From the NCBI GenBank assembly GCA_963768855.1, contig CAVYJM010000006.1:544001-608000 (forward strand): a stretch of 64,000 nucleotides of DNA. The letters run 5' to 3'. The notes under the pieces were generated by a model, which saw only the letters and a program-made list of their open reading frames with translations, made no database searches and was not told where the DNA came from. A program made the position numbers and the translations under genes. Below, one piece after another: positions 18,378 to 28,449 of this stretch. Origin of the DNA: an uncultured Thermoplasmata archaeon. Lineage in GTDB: Archaea; Thermoplasmatota; Thermoplasmata; RBG-16-68-12. Positions within the stretch are counted from its first letter, which is position 1. Each line of letters opens with the position of its first letter.

Positions 18378-19345
18378 CCGCGCTCCAGACGACCACGGTC
18401 GGCTCCCTCCCCAAGCCCGACTACCTGCTCCACGCCCGCGCCAAGGCGGCCAAGGGCGGCCTCAAGCGCGGGGAACTCCGCGCGCTCGAGGAGAGGGCCA
18501 CGGAGGACTGGATCCGTTTCCAGGAGGACATCGGGATTGACATCCTGGTCGACGGGGAGCAGTACCGCGGGGACATGGCCACGTACTTCGCGGAGAACCT
18601 CGAGGGGATGGAGGTCTCGGGGCTCGTCCGGTCCTACGGGAATCGGTACTACAAGAAGCCCGTCATCGTCGGGGAGCTCGCGCGGGCGAAAGCGATCAGC
18701 GTGGGCTGGTTCCGGTTCGCCCAGAAGCGGACGCAGAAGCCGGTGAAGGGGATGATCACCGGGCCGTACACGATGATGGACTGGTCCTTCGACGAACACT
18801 ACGACTCGCGGGAGGAGGCCGCGTTGGCCTTTGCGCGGCTCCTGCACGAGGAGGCCCGCGATCTCGAGGCGGCGGGGGCCGCGATCATCCAGGTCGATGA
18901 ACCCGCCCTGGCGACGCGGTCCGACGAGCTGCCGCTCGTGGTCAAGGCCGTCGGGATCGTGACCAAAGGTCTCCAGGCGAAGACGATCCTGCACACCTGC
19001 TACGGGAACTATGAGGACATCTACAGCTACTTCAACCGCCTCCCGGTGGACCAGCTCGACCTGGAGATGTCCAACTCGAGCCTGGACCTCCTCGACCGCT
19101 TCCGCCGCGATCCGCTCAAGAAGGAGATCGCGTTCGGCGTGGTCGACGTCCACAGCCACGTCGTCGAGACGAAGGCCCAGGTCGTCGAGCGCATCGAGAA
19201 GGCCCTGCGGATCTTCGACCCTCAGAAGCTCTACATCGATCCGGATTGCGGACTGAAGACCCGGTCGGTCGATGAGGCGAAGGCGAAGCTCGAGGTCATG
19301 GTCCGCGCGGTACACGCCGTGAAGGCGGAACACGGGATCGCGTGA
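18374..19345 (+). CDS. metE: Cobalamin-independent methionine synthase, catalytic Zn-binding half (split MetE)
   Basis: TTVGSLPKP, VDGEQYRGDM, RSYGNRYYKKP, LHTCYG (HxC), DLEM, DPDCGLKT; ATGA coupling to the upstream gene. Confidence 0.92.
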   Translation: MTALQTTTVGSLPKPDYLLHARAKAAKGGLKRGELRALEERATEDWIRFQEDIGIDILVDGEQYRGDMATYFAENLEGMEVSGLVRSYGNRYYKKPVIVGELARAKAISVGWFRFAQKRTQKPVKGMITGPYTMMDWSFDEHYDSREEAALAFARLLHEEARDLEAAGAAIIQVDEPALATRSDELPLVVKAVGIVTKGLQAKTILHTCYGNYEDIYSYFNRLPVDQLDLEMSNSSLDLLDRFRRDPLKKEIAFGVVDVHSHVVETKAQVVERIEKALRIFDPQKLYIDPDCGLKTRSVDEAKAKLEVMVRAVHAVKAEHGIA

Positions 19346-19403
19346 GGCCCGCGGGCATAGGCTCATAGTCTTCGGATGCCCTAACGGTCGGTGGAGGAAC
19401 GGG

Positions 19404-19859
19404 ATGGAAGGGCCAGTCGACCTCCGGATGCAGCCCTACGCGCCGGCACGCCTGTTCACGATCGACGAGGCGAGCCTGCTCCTGCCGCGGCTCACGGAGA
19501 TCTTCCGACGGATGGACCCCAAGCTAGCTCGACTGCGGGAGATTCAGGACTTGGTCGAGGACGCCGAGGCCTACTGGCACTCCACGGGCGAAGGCATGCC
19601 TCCCGAAGAGCGCTCGGTCCATGACGGCCTGGTGAAGCAGGCGGCCGAGGCCCGGGCGGCCGTCGAGGCAGAGGTCCGCCTGGTCCAGGCAATCGGCTGC
19701 GAGCTCAAGGATCCCCCGCAGGGCCTCGTGGACTTCCCGTCGACGATCGAGGGGAACGTTGCCTATCTCTGCTGGCAGCGGGGGGAAGGCTCCATCGGCT
19801 TCTGGCATACCCTGGAGAGCGGTTTTGCGGGCCGCCGTCCGCTGAAAGCGGGGCCGTAG
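19404..19859 (+). CDS. DUF2203-family protein
   Basis: FTIDEA..LLP and ELKD...GLVDFP...YLCWQRGE...FWH...GFAGRRPL pattern. Confidence 0.8.
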   Translation: MEGPVDLRMQPYAPARLFTIDEASLLLPRLTEIFRRMDPKLARLREIQDLVEDAEAYWHSTGEGMPPEERSVHDGLVKQAAEARAAVEAEVRLVQAIGCELKDPPQGLVDFPSTIEGNVAYLCWQRGEGSIGFWHTLESGFAGRRPLKAGP

Positions 19860-19912
19860 ACGGAACGTTCATATCCCGCCACCTCGTAAGTCAGGATGCG
19901 CGGGGAACCTCC

Positions 19913-20221
19913 ATGCCGACGAAGGATGAAGTCATCACGGTCCTGAAGAAGTGCTACGACCCCGAGATCCCGATCAACATCTACGACCTGGGGCTCGTGT
20001 ACAACATCGACATCAACGAGGCCAATGGCAAGATCGATGTCAAGATGACCCTGACCGCCCCGGGCTGTCCCGCATCCGCCTACATGGGCGCGGACGTGAA
20101 GCGGAAGATCGAGCAGCTCCCCGGCGTGAAAGAGGCCAGCGTGAACATCGTGTGGGAGCCGCCCTGGACCCCCGAGATGATGTCGGAATCCGCGAAGAAG
20201 CAGTTCGGCTGGGGCCTGTGA
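19913..20221 (+). CDS. DUF59/SufT (PaaD-like) Fe-S assembly protein
   Basis: DPEIPINIYDLGLVY, MTLTAPGCP, VWEPPWTPEMMS. Confidence 0.93.
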   Translation: MPTKDEVITVLKKCYDPEIPINIYDLGLVYNIDINEANGKIDVKMTLTAPGCPASAYMGADVKRKIEQLPGVKEASVNIVWEPPWTPEMMSESAKKQFGWGL

Positions 20222-20331
20222 TTTCCTCCATGAAAGCGGGTCCGGCGAACGCCGCTGCAGCGAAGCGCGAAGGTTGATATCCCCTCCAGGGTATCCCAGC
20301 CCACCGTTGGCTCCTCGGGTGGCCCGATCCT

Positions 20332-20850
20332 TTGAGCGTGAAGCGTGCGAGCGAGGCGGATTCCCTGCAGCAGGCGCTCGGCGCGGTGCTCGAAGGTCTC
20401 GCATTCTATGAGCTCGCCCAGGCCGTCTCGGCCGACACGCGCGTGAAGGTGACGTTCGAGGATCTCGGCCGGCGCAAGGCCGCTCAGCTCAAGAGGCTGG
20501 AGCAGGTCGCGGGACCGACGGCCCGGGACGGCGCGTTCTACCCGAGCCTCTATCCTCTCGACGCGGTCTCCAAGGCCGAGTGCTACGTGTGCGGCCACGT
20601 CGTCGAGACGCGGGACATGCCGAACCAGTGCCCCAAGTGCGGCACGGCGCGCTACACGTTCGAGAAGGAGATTGCCCTGACGAAGGCGTGGGAGATCGCC
20701 GCGGAGACGTCGCGCAAGTCGGCGGACCTTTTCCGCGCCCTCGCGGACAAGAGCCAGGGGAAGGCTCGGGACCTGCTCGACGCCCTCTCCAAGGAGGACC
20801 AGGCCCTGGCGGCCGAGGCGGGGAAGGAGCTCACGGAGCTCCGCAGTTGA
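20332..20850 (+). CDS. Ferritin/rubrerythrin-like helical protein with an internal rubredoxin-like CxxC...CxxC domain
   Basis: EGLAFY helix; CYVCGH...CPKCG...FEK; second helix pair resembling rubrerythrin helices C/D. Confidence 0.75.
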   Translation: MSVKRASEADSLQQALGAVLEGLAFYELAQAVSADTRVKVTFEDLGRRKAAQLKRLEQVAGPTARDGAFYPSLYPLDAVSKAECYVCGHVVETRDMPNQCPKCGTARYTFEKEIALTKAWEIAAETSRKSADLFRALADKSQGKARDLLDALSKEDQALAAEAGKELTELRS

Positions 20851-20866
20851 TGGGGACGGTGGGTTG

Positions 20867-22030
20867 ATGCCTCGGCTCGCGAAGATGCCTCCCATTGAGG
20901 AACACGTGCACGCGTGCACGATGTGCGGTTACTGCGTCCCCGTCTGCCCTGCGTATCAGGAGGCGGGCTGGGAGGGCGCGTCTCCGCGCGGCCGCGTGTT
21001 CGCCCTCCGCCAGTACGATCTCCGCGGCCCGCTCGACCGCCTGCTCCGCCGGCACGTCACGCCCGGCGAGGACTTCGCCGCGAGCTCCTGGGAGTGCACC
21101 GGGTGCGGCGCCTGTGAGGAGGTCTGCCCCGTCGACATCCCCTTCGACACGCTCTGGGACGACGTGAAGGGCTGGATGGTGGAGTCCGGGCACGGACGGA
21201 AGCAGCTCGAACCGTACCTGCTCAACGTGCAGGAGAGCCACAACATCTACGGGAAGGACCCGAAGGAGCGCGCGGCCTGGCTCCCGCCCGACGCGGTGCA
21301 GTCCGAGTCGCCCGAGGTCGTGTTCTGGGTGGGCTGCGTCGCGAGCTACGAGAAGCAGCAGATCGCCCGCGCGGTGATCAAGATCCTGAACACGGCCAAG
21401 GTGACGTACAGGGTCCTAGGGCCCGAGGAGTGGTGCTCCGGGGCACCGCTGGCCCGGATGGGCTACCGCCAGGAGGTCGAGAAGCGGCTCATGCCTCACA
21501 ACCTCGAGGCCGTCGCCCGCACGGGCGCCAAGGCGCTCGTCACGGCCTGCGCGGAGTGCTACCGCGCGTTCGCCCGGGACTACAAGGGGTGGGGCGGCAA
21601 CGCACCCTTCAGCGTATACCACATCTCCCACTTCCTCGAGAAGCTCGTGAGCGAGAAGCGCATCGCGTTCGCGAAGTCGCTCCCGCAGAAGATCGCCTTC
21701 CACGATGCCTGCCACATGAGCCGCGTGTGCGACGCGTTCGAGCCACCGCGGCAGGCGCTGAAGTTCATCAAGGACCTCAAGGTCCTCGAGATGGTCCCGA
21801 ACCGCGAGGACGCCCTCTGTTCGGGAGGCGGGGGCGGCTTCCCCGACGTGTATCCGGATCAGGCCGCGAACGTCGGCTCGCGCCGGCTCGAGGACGCGGT
21901 CGGGACCGGCGCGACCGCCCTCGTCACGACCTGCCCGCATGCGGAGCGCCACTTCGAGAAGGTGGCGAAGCAGCGCAATATGCAGATCAGCATCGTGGAC
22001 CTGGCCGAGATGGTGGCCCAGGCGCTCTGA
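20867..22030 (+). CDS. Fe-S oxidoreductase: 2[4Fe-4S] domain plus two CCG-like domains (HdrD/GlpC/GlcF type)
   Basis: CTMCGYCVPVCP, CTGCGACEEVCP, FWVGC, EWCSG, TACAEC, HDACH, LCSGGGG, TTCPHA. Confidence 0.88.
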   Translation: MPRLAKMPPIEEHVHACTMCGYCVPVCPAYQEAGWEGASPRGRVFALRQYDLRGPLDRLLRRHVTPGEDFAASSWECTGCGACEEVCPVDIPFDTLWDDVKGWMVESGHGRKQLEPYLLNVQESHNIYGKDPKERAAWLPPDAVQSESPEVVFWVGCVASYEKQQIARAVIKILNTAKVTYRVLGPEEWCSGAPLARMGYRQEVEKRLMPHNLEAVARTGAKALVTACAECYRAFARDYKGWGGNAPFSVYHISHFLEKLVSEKRIAFAKSLPQKIAFHDACHMSRVCDAFEPPRQALKFIKDLKVLEMVPNREDALCSGGGGGFPDVYPDQAANVGSRRLEDAVGTGATALVTTCPHAERHFEKVAKQRNMQISIVDLAEMVAQAL

Positions 22031-22069
22031 CAGCCGCGTCGCCGCCGGCCGCTCTCCCGCGTCGCCCTC

Positions 22070-22414
22070 TCAGATCGTGAAGCTCAGACCGCACGAGCAC
22101 GAGTGCTTCGCGTTCGGATTCGTGATCTTGAACTGCCCGCCGAGGAGGTCCTCCTCGTAGTCCAGCGTGGCGCCGTGGAGGTAGACCAGGCTCTTCGGGT
22201 CGACGAAGACCTTCGCATCCTCTGCGGCGATGATCACGTCCGTGGCCCGCGGGGTCTCCGCCAGGTCCATCCGGTACTGCATCCCGCTGCACCCGCCTGC
22301 GATGATCCGCAGACGCAGCGCGGCGTCGGGCCGGCTCTCCTTCTGCCGCAGATACCGGATGCGCCGGACCGCGTTGGAGGTCACGATCACGTTGGAGGAT
22401 TCCTGCGGGGCCAT
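22070..22414 (-). CDS. A-type Fe-S carrier (IscA/SufA/ErpA, HesB family)
   Basis: [23 protein letters not shown]; start at ATG 22414, not the track start. Confidence 0.93.
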   Translation of the reverse strand: MAPQESSNVIVTSNAVRRIRYLRQKESRPDAALRLRIIAGGCSGMQYRMDLAETPRATDVIIAAEDAKVFVDPKSLVYLHGATLDYEEDLLGGQFKITNPNAKHSCSCGLSFTI

Positions 22415-22529
22415 CACGGAGCTCGCTTCCCGCGGTTCGAACACCGGGGCACGACTTAAGGCTTCCTCCCGTAATTCCGCCGGAAGACCGGACTCCGGGC
22501 GCGTTTTCGGAGTCGCGACCAAAGGTATA

Positions 22530-22544
22530 TATAACATCGTTATA
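22530..22544. promoter_or_regulatory. Inverted repeat overlapping the TATA region between divergent iscA-like and sufB genes
   Basis: TATAAC-ATC-GTTATA, 37 nt upstream of the sufB ATG. Confidence 0.4.
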
Positions 22545-22580
22545 CTTGGAGAACTGCTCCCCGTTCCGAGGGGGTGCACC

Positions 22581-24032
<1,452 letters not shown>

Positions 24033-24062
24033 AGGCCGATCCGGTCCCGCGGGAGGCCCGCT

Positions 24063-24851
24063 ATGGCTCTGCTTGAGATCCGTAACCTGCATGCGCGCAT
24101 CGCGAACAAGGACATCCTCCGCGGCATCGACATCACCGTGGAGTCCGGCGAGGTCCACGCGATCATGGGCCCGAACGGCTCCGGCAAGACGACCCTGGCC
24201 CAGGTCCTTGCGGGACGGCCTGGCTACGAGGTGCTCTCCGGGGATATCCTCTTCGAAGGGAAGAATCTCCTCGCCATGAAGCCCGAGGACCGCGCGCGGG
24301 AAGGCATCTTCATGGCGTTCCAGTACCCCGTCGAGATCCCGGGCGTCGGGAACGCGTACTTCCTGAAGGCCGCCGTGAACGCGGTGCGCAAGCACCGCGG
24401 CCTCCCGGAGCTCGATGCGATGGAGTTCCTGAGCCTGATCGAGGACAAGATGAAGCTTCTCGGCCTCGACGATAGCTACATGAAGCGCGGGCTCAACGAG
24501 GGCTTCTCCGGCGGCGAGAAGAAGCGGAACGAGATCTTCCAGATGGCCGTCCTGGAGCCGCGCCTCGCCGTCCTGGACGAGACGGATTCCGGCCTGGACA
24601 TCGACGCGCTCCGCGTCGTCGCGAACGGCGTGAACTCGATGCGGAACAAGGAGCGCGGCATGCTCGTCATCACGCACTATGCGCGCCTGCTCCACTACAT
24701 CGTGCCCGACTACGTCCACGTGCTGGCGGGCGGCCGCATCGTGAAGAGCGGCGGCAAGGAGCTCGCCGAGGAACTCGAGAAGACCGGGTATGCCGGCCTA
24801 GGGATCGAGGAAAGTCCGCATGCGCCGACCCCCGCCGCGGTGGGCCACTGA
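24063..24851 (+). CDS. sufC: Fe-S cluster assembly ATPase SufC
   Basis: GPNGSGKT, FQYPVEIPGV, GFSGGEKKR, LDETDSGLDID, ITHY. Confidence 0.97.
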   Translation: MALLEIRNLHARIANKDILRGIDITVESGEVHAIMGPNGSGKTTLAQVLAGRPGYEVLSGDILFEGKNLLAMKPEDRAREGIFMAFQYPVEIPGVGNAYFLKAAVNAVRKHRGLPELDAMEFLSLIEDKMKLLGLDDSYMKRGLNEGFSGGEKKRNEIFQMAVLEPRLAVLDETDSGLDIDALRVVANGVNSMRNKERGMLVITHYARLLHYIVPDYVHVLAGGRIVKSGGKELAEELEKTGYAGLGIEESPHAPTPAAVGH

Positions 24852-24867
24852 GCCCGGAGGCGCTACC

Positions 24868-26214
24868 GTGGCCGTGACCGTGAGCCTGACAGACCCGTAC
24901 GTCGCGGAGTTCCAGTCCTTCGCGAAGGCGTCGGATGCGACGGAGCCCGAGTGGCTCCGCAAGCTTCGCAGGGCGGCGATCACGAGCTTCGAGAAGACGG
25001 GATTCCCGACCCTCAAGAACGAGGACTGGAAGCACACGAACCTCGCTCCGGTCGCCCGCACCCCCTTCCGCTTCGAACCCCGGGCCGAGCCGGCCCGGAT
25101 CCCGGGCGACCTCATCGAGGCCTACACCTTCGGCGTCCTGAAGTGCAGCCAGCTCGTGTTCGTGAACGGGAATTTCGCGCCCAAGCTGTCATACCTCCGC
25201 TGGCTTCCCGAGGGCGTTCGGGTGCGGAGCCTCCAGGAGATCCTCCACTTCGATTCCTCGGCGCTCGAGCGGGAGCTGGGGAAGCACGCGGCGTTCGACA
25301 AGAACCCCTTCACGGCGCTCAACACGGCCTTCCTGCAGGACGGCGCATTCGTCCACGTCCCGCGAGGCCGGATCGTGGAAGAGCCCATCCATCTCCTGTA
25401 CGTGTCCACGTCCCGGGATCCCGCGGCGGTCTCGTACCCGCGCAACCTGGTTGTGATGGAGGACGAGAGCCAGGCCACGGTCATCGAATCCTACGTGGGG
25501 CTGGACAAGGGAGCCTACTTCACGAACGCGGTCACGGAGATTCGCGTGGGGAACGGCGCCCTGGTCGACCACTACAAGATCCAGCGGGAGAGCGAGGCAG
25601 CCTACCACTTCTCCAACACGGGCGTCCTCCAGGGTCGCGGGAGCACGATGACCTCGACCTCCTTCAACCTCGGAGGCGGCCTCGTCCGGAACGACACGAG
25701 CGCCCTCTTCTCCGACCAGGGCGGGAACCTCGCGCTGAACGGACTCTATTTCCTGCACGGCGCGCAGCACTGCGACAACCACACCTTCATCGATCACGCC
25801 ACGCCGAACTGCACGAGCCTCGAGATGTTCAAGGGGATCCTCGACGGGCGGTCGCGGGGCATCTTCTACGGGAAGGTCCTGGTCCGGAGGGACGCGCAGA
25901 AGACGAACGCCCGCCAGACGAACAAGAACCTGCTCCTCTCGCGGGAGGCCTTCGCGGACTCCACCCCCGGCCTCGAGATCCTCGCGGACGACGTGAAGTG
26001 CGCCCACGGCTCCACGGTCGGGCAGCTTGACGAGAACGCGATCTTCTACCTGCGGTCCCGCGGCATCGACGAGGAGGGGGCCCGTACCCTCCTGACGTAC
26101 GCGTTCGCGGCAGAGATCATCAACCAGGTCAAGGTCGCGTCCATGCGGATCAAGCTCGACCAGCTCGTGCTCTCCCGGCTCCCCGGCAGCGACGTGATCC
26201 AAGAGGCCTTATGA
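24868..26214 (+). CDS. sufD: Fe-S cluster assembly protein SufD
   Basis: FPT.KNEDWKHT, FTALNTAF, DDVKCAHGSTVGQLDENAIFYLRSRGI; GTG start after GGAGG. Confidence 0.95.
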   Translation: MAVTVSLTDPYVAEFQSFAKASDATEPEWLRKLRRAAITSFEKTGFPTLKNEDWKHTNLAPVARTPFRFEPRAEPARIPGDLIEAYTFGVLKCSQLVFVNGNFAPKLSYLRWLPEGVRVRSLQEILHFDSSALERELGKHAAFDKNPFTALNTAFLQDGAFVHVPRGRIVEEPIHLLYVSTSRDPAAVSYPRNLVVMEDESQATVIESYVGLDKGAYFTNAVTEIRVGNGALVDHYKIQRESEAAYHFSNTGVLQGRGSTMTSTSFNLGGGLVRNDTSALFSDQGGNLALNGLYFLHGAQHCDNHTFIDHATPNCTSLEMFKGILDGRSRGIFYGKVLVRRDAQKTNARQTNKNLLLSREAFADSTPGLEILADDVKCAHGSTVGQLDENAIFYLRSRGIDEEGARTLLTYAFAAEIINQVKVASMRIKLDQLVLSRLPGSDVIQEAL

Positions 26215-26270
26215 GCCCCCGTTCCCTGCCGGTGCCGTCGGACGCATACCTCACCCCGGAGGAGGCCTGA
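26211..26270 (+). CDS. Putative 19-aa micro-ORF bridging sufD and sufU
   Basis: MSPRSLPVPSDAYLTPEEA; ATG overlaps the sufD stop (TTA TGA) and its TGA overlaps the sufU ATG (TGATG). Confidence 0.35.
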   Translation: MSPRSLPVPSDAYLTPEEA

Positions 26271-26722
26271 TGCCGGACCTGCGAGAGCTCTACCAGGAAG
26301 TGATCCTGGACCACACGAAGAACCCGCGGAACTTCCACGCGCTCGCGGAGGCGACCGCGAAGGCGGTGGGCAACAACCCCCTCTGCGGGGACCGCGTGAC
26401 CGTCTACCTGAAGATGGAGGGAGACCGGATCGTCGATGCGAGCTTCGAGGGCCAAGGCTGCGCGATCTCCAAGTCGTCCGCCTCCCTGATGACCGAAGCG
26501 GTCAAGGGCCACACGAGGCCCGAGGCGGAGGCTCTGTATGACAAGTTCCACGAGATGATCACGGGCAAGCCGGAAGGCTCGGTCGGCCCCGAGGCGCTCG
26601 GCAAGCTCGCCGTGTTCCAGGGCGTGAGCGAGTTTCCCCTCCGGGTCAAGTGCGCGAGCCTCGCGTGGCACACGCTCCGGTCCGCGCTCGAATCGAAGGA
26701 GGGCGTCGTCACCCTCGAATGA
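26270..26722 (+). CDS. sufU: SUF-system NifU-like protein SufU
   Basis: YQEVILDH.KNPRN, NPLCGD, GCAISKSSAS, RVKCASLAW. Confidence 0.93.
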   Translation: MPDLRELYQEVILDHTKNPRNFHALAEATAKAVGNNPLCGDRVTVYLKMEGDRIVDASFEGQGCAISKSSASLMTEAVKGHTRPEAEALYDKFHEMITGKPEGSVGPEALGKLAVFQGVSEFPLRVKCASLAWHTLRSALESKEGVVTLE

Positions 26723-26774
26723 ACACGACATCAAGGTTCAAGTAGGCAGGGTCGCATCGAGACGGGTTGAGTCC

Positions 26775-28025
26775 ATGGCGCATGCCGCAAAGGTCCTCCT
26801 GAACGTCCCGGACATCAAGAAGGACTTCCCGATCCTCCATCGCAAGATGCGGGACAAGCCCCTCACGTACCTCGACAGCACGGCGACCTCGCAGAAGCCG
26901 CAGCAGGTCATCGACGCCGTCGTCGACTTCTACTCGCGGTACAACGCGAACGTCCACCGGGCGATCTACGAGCTCGGCGAGGAGGCCACGCGCGCATACG
27001 AGGGCGCTCGGGAGCGGATCGCGGAGTTCATCGGTGCGAAGGACCCCATGGAGATCGCCTTCACGAAATCCACGACGGAGTCCCTCAACCTCGTCGCGTA
27101 CGGCTACGGGCTGAAGAGCGGGCGCCTCAAGGAAGGCGACGAGATCCTGGGCACGGTCCTCGAGCACCACTCCAACCACGTGCCCTGGCACTTCGTCCGG
27201 GACCTGAAGGGCGTCGCGCTGAAGTACGTCGACGTGGACGACGAAGGCCATCTCCGCATGGAGCAGTACGACGACCTGATCACGAAGCGCACGAAGATCG
27301 TCACGGTCGCGCACGTGTCGAACGTCTTGGGCACGATCAGCGACGTGAAGGAGATCGCGAGGCGCGCGCACGAAGTCGGTGCCGTGTGCGTCGTCGATGC
27401 GGCGCAGAGCGTGCCCCACATGCCGGTCGACGTCCGCGCGCTCGACTGCGACTTCTTCGCCTTCAGCGGGCACAAGATGCTCGGGCCCACCGGCATCGGC
27501 ATCCTCTACGGCAAGAAGGAGATGCTCGAGGTCACCGAGCCTCTCCTCGGCGGTGGGGAGATGATCAGCGAGGTCCACCTGGGGTCCGCGAAATGGAACG
27601 ACGTGCCCTACAAGTTCGAGGGCGGCACGCCGAACATCGCCGGCGCGATCGGCCTCGGGGCCGCGGTCGACTACCTCGCGAAGCTCGGCATGCCCGCCGT
27701 GCGGCAGCACGAGATGGAGCTGACGGCGTACGCGCTCAAGGAGCTCGCGGCCGTCGAGGGCCTGCGGACCTACGGGCCGAAGTCCGTCGCGGAGCGGGGC
27801 GGCGTCGTCTCCTTCACGATGGAGAAGGCCCACCCGCACGACATCGCGTCCATCCTTGACGTCGAGGGCGTCTGCATCCGCTCGGGGCACCACTGCGCCC
27901 AGCCCCTCATGGACCGCTACGATCTCGCCGCGACCGCCCGGGCTTCCTTTTACGTATACAACGACGTCGAGGACGTGGACCGCCTCGTGGTGGCCCTCCA
28001 GAAGGTCAATGAGGTGTTCGGCTAG
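26775..28025 (+). CDS. sufS: Cysteine desulfurase SufS
   Basis: YLDSTATSQKP, EHHSN, DAAQS, FSGHKMLGP (PLP Lys), RSGHHCAQP. Confidence 0.96.
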   Translation: MAHAAKVLLNVPDIKKDFPILHRKMRDKPLTYLDSTATSQKPQQVIDAVVDFYSRYNANVHRAIYELGEEATRAYEGARERIAEFIGAKDPMEIAFTKSTTESLNLVAYGYGLKSGRLKEGDEILGTVLEHHSNHVPWHFVRDLKGVALKYVDVDDEGHLRMEQYDDLITKRTKIVTVAHVSNVLGTISDVKEIARRAHEVGAVCVVDAAQSVPHMPVDVRALDCDFFAFSGHKMLGPTGIGILYGKKEMLEVTEPLLGGGEMISEVHLGSAKWNDVPYKFEGGTPNIAGAIGLGAAVDYLAKLGMPAVRQHEMELTAYALKELAAVEGLRTYGPKSVAERGGVVSFTMEKAHPHDIASILDVEGVCIRSGHHCAQPLMDRYDLAATARASFYVYNDVEDVDRLVVALQKVNEVFG

Positions 28026-28421
28026 ATGGCACCCGGCCCGGGGCCGTACCAGGCCCAGATCCTCGACCACTACAAGCACCCGCACAACCGCGGCGTGCTG
28101 GAGTCCGCGACCCACACGTCCCGCGAAGCGAACCCCCTGTGCGGGGACGAGATCGTCCTCGCGCTCCGCGTCGACGGGACGGGCCGGATCGAGGACGCCC
28201 GCTTCGAGGGCGAGGGCTGCGCGATTAGCATGGCGAGCGCCTCCCTGCTGACGGACGCACTCAAGGGGAAGACGCTCGAGGAGGCGCGGGCCCTGGACCG
28301 GCCCACGGTGCTCGGCTCCCTGGGCGTCCCCCTGAGCGCGGTGCGGGAGCAATGCGCCCTGCTGCCCCTGCGAGCCTTGCAGGCCGCCCTGGCCCCGCCC
28401 GTGCCGGCGCAAGGGCATTAA
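28026..28421 (+). CDS. Second IscU/SufU-like scaffold or sulfur-transfer protein
   Basis: YQAQILDHYKHPHN, NPLCGD, GCAISMASAS, REQCALLP. Confidence 0.9.
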   Translation: MAPGPGPYQAQILDHYKHPHNRGVLESATHTSREANPLCGDEIVLALRVDGTGRIEDARFEGEGCAISMASASLLTDALKGKTLEEARALDRPTVLGSLGVPLSAVREQCALLPLRALQAALAPPVPAQGH

Positions 28422-28449
28422 ACCTCGGCCGGTTGGCCCCCCTGGCACC

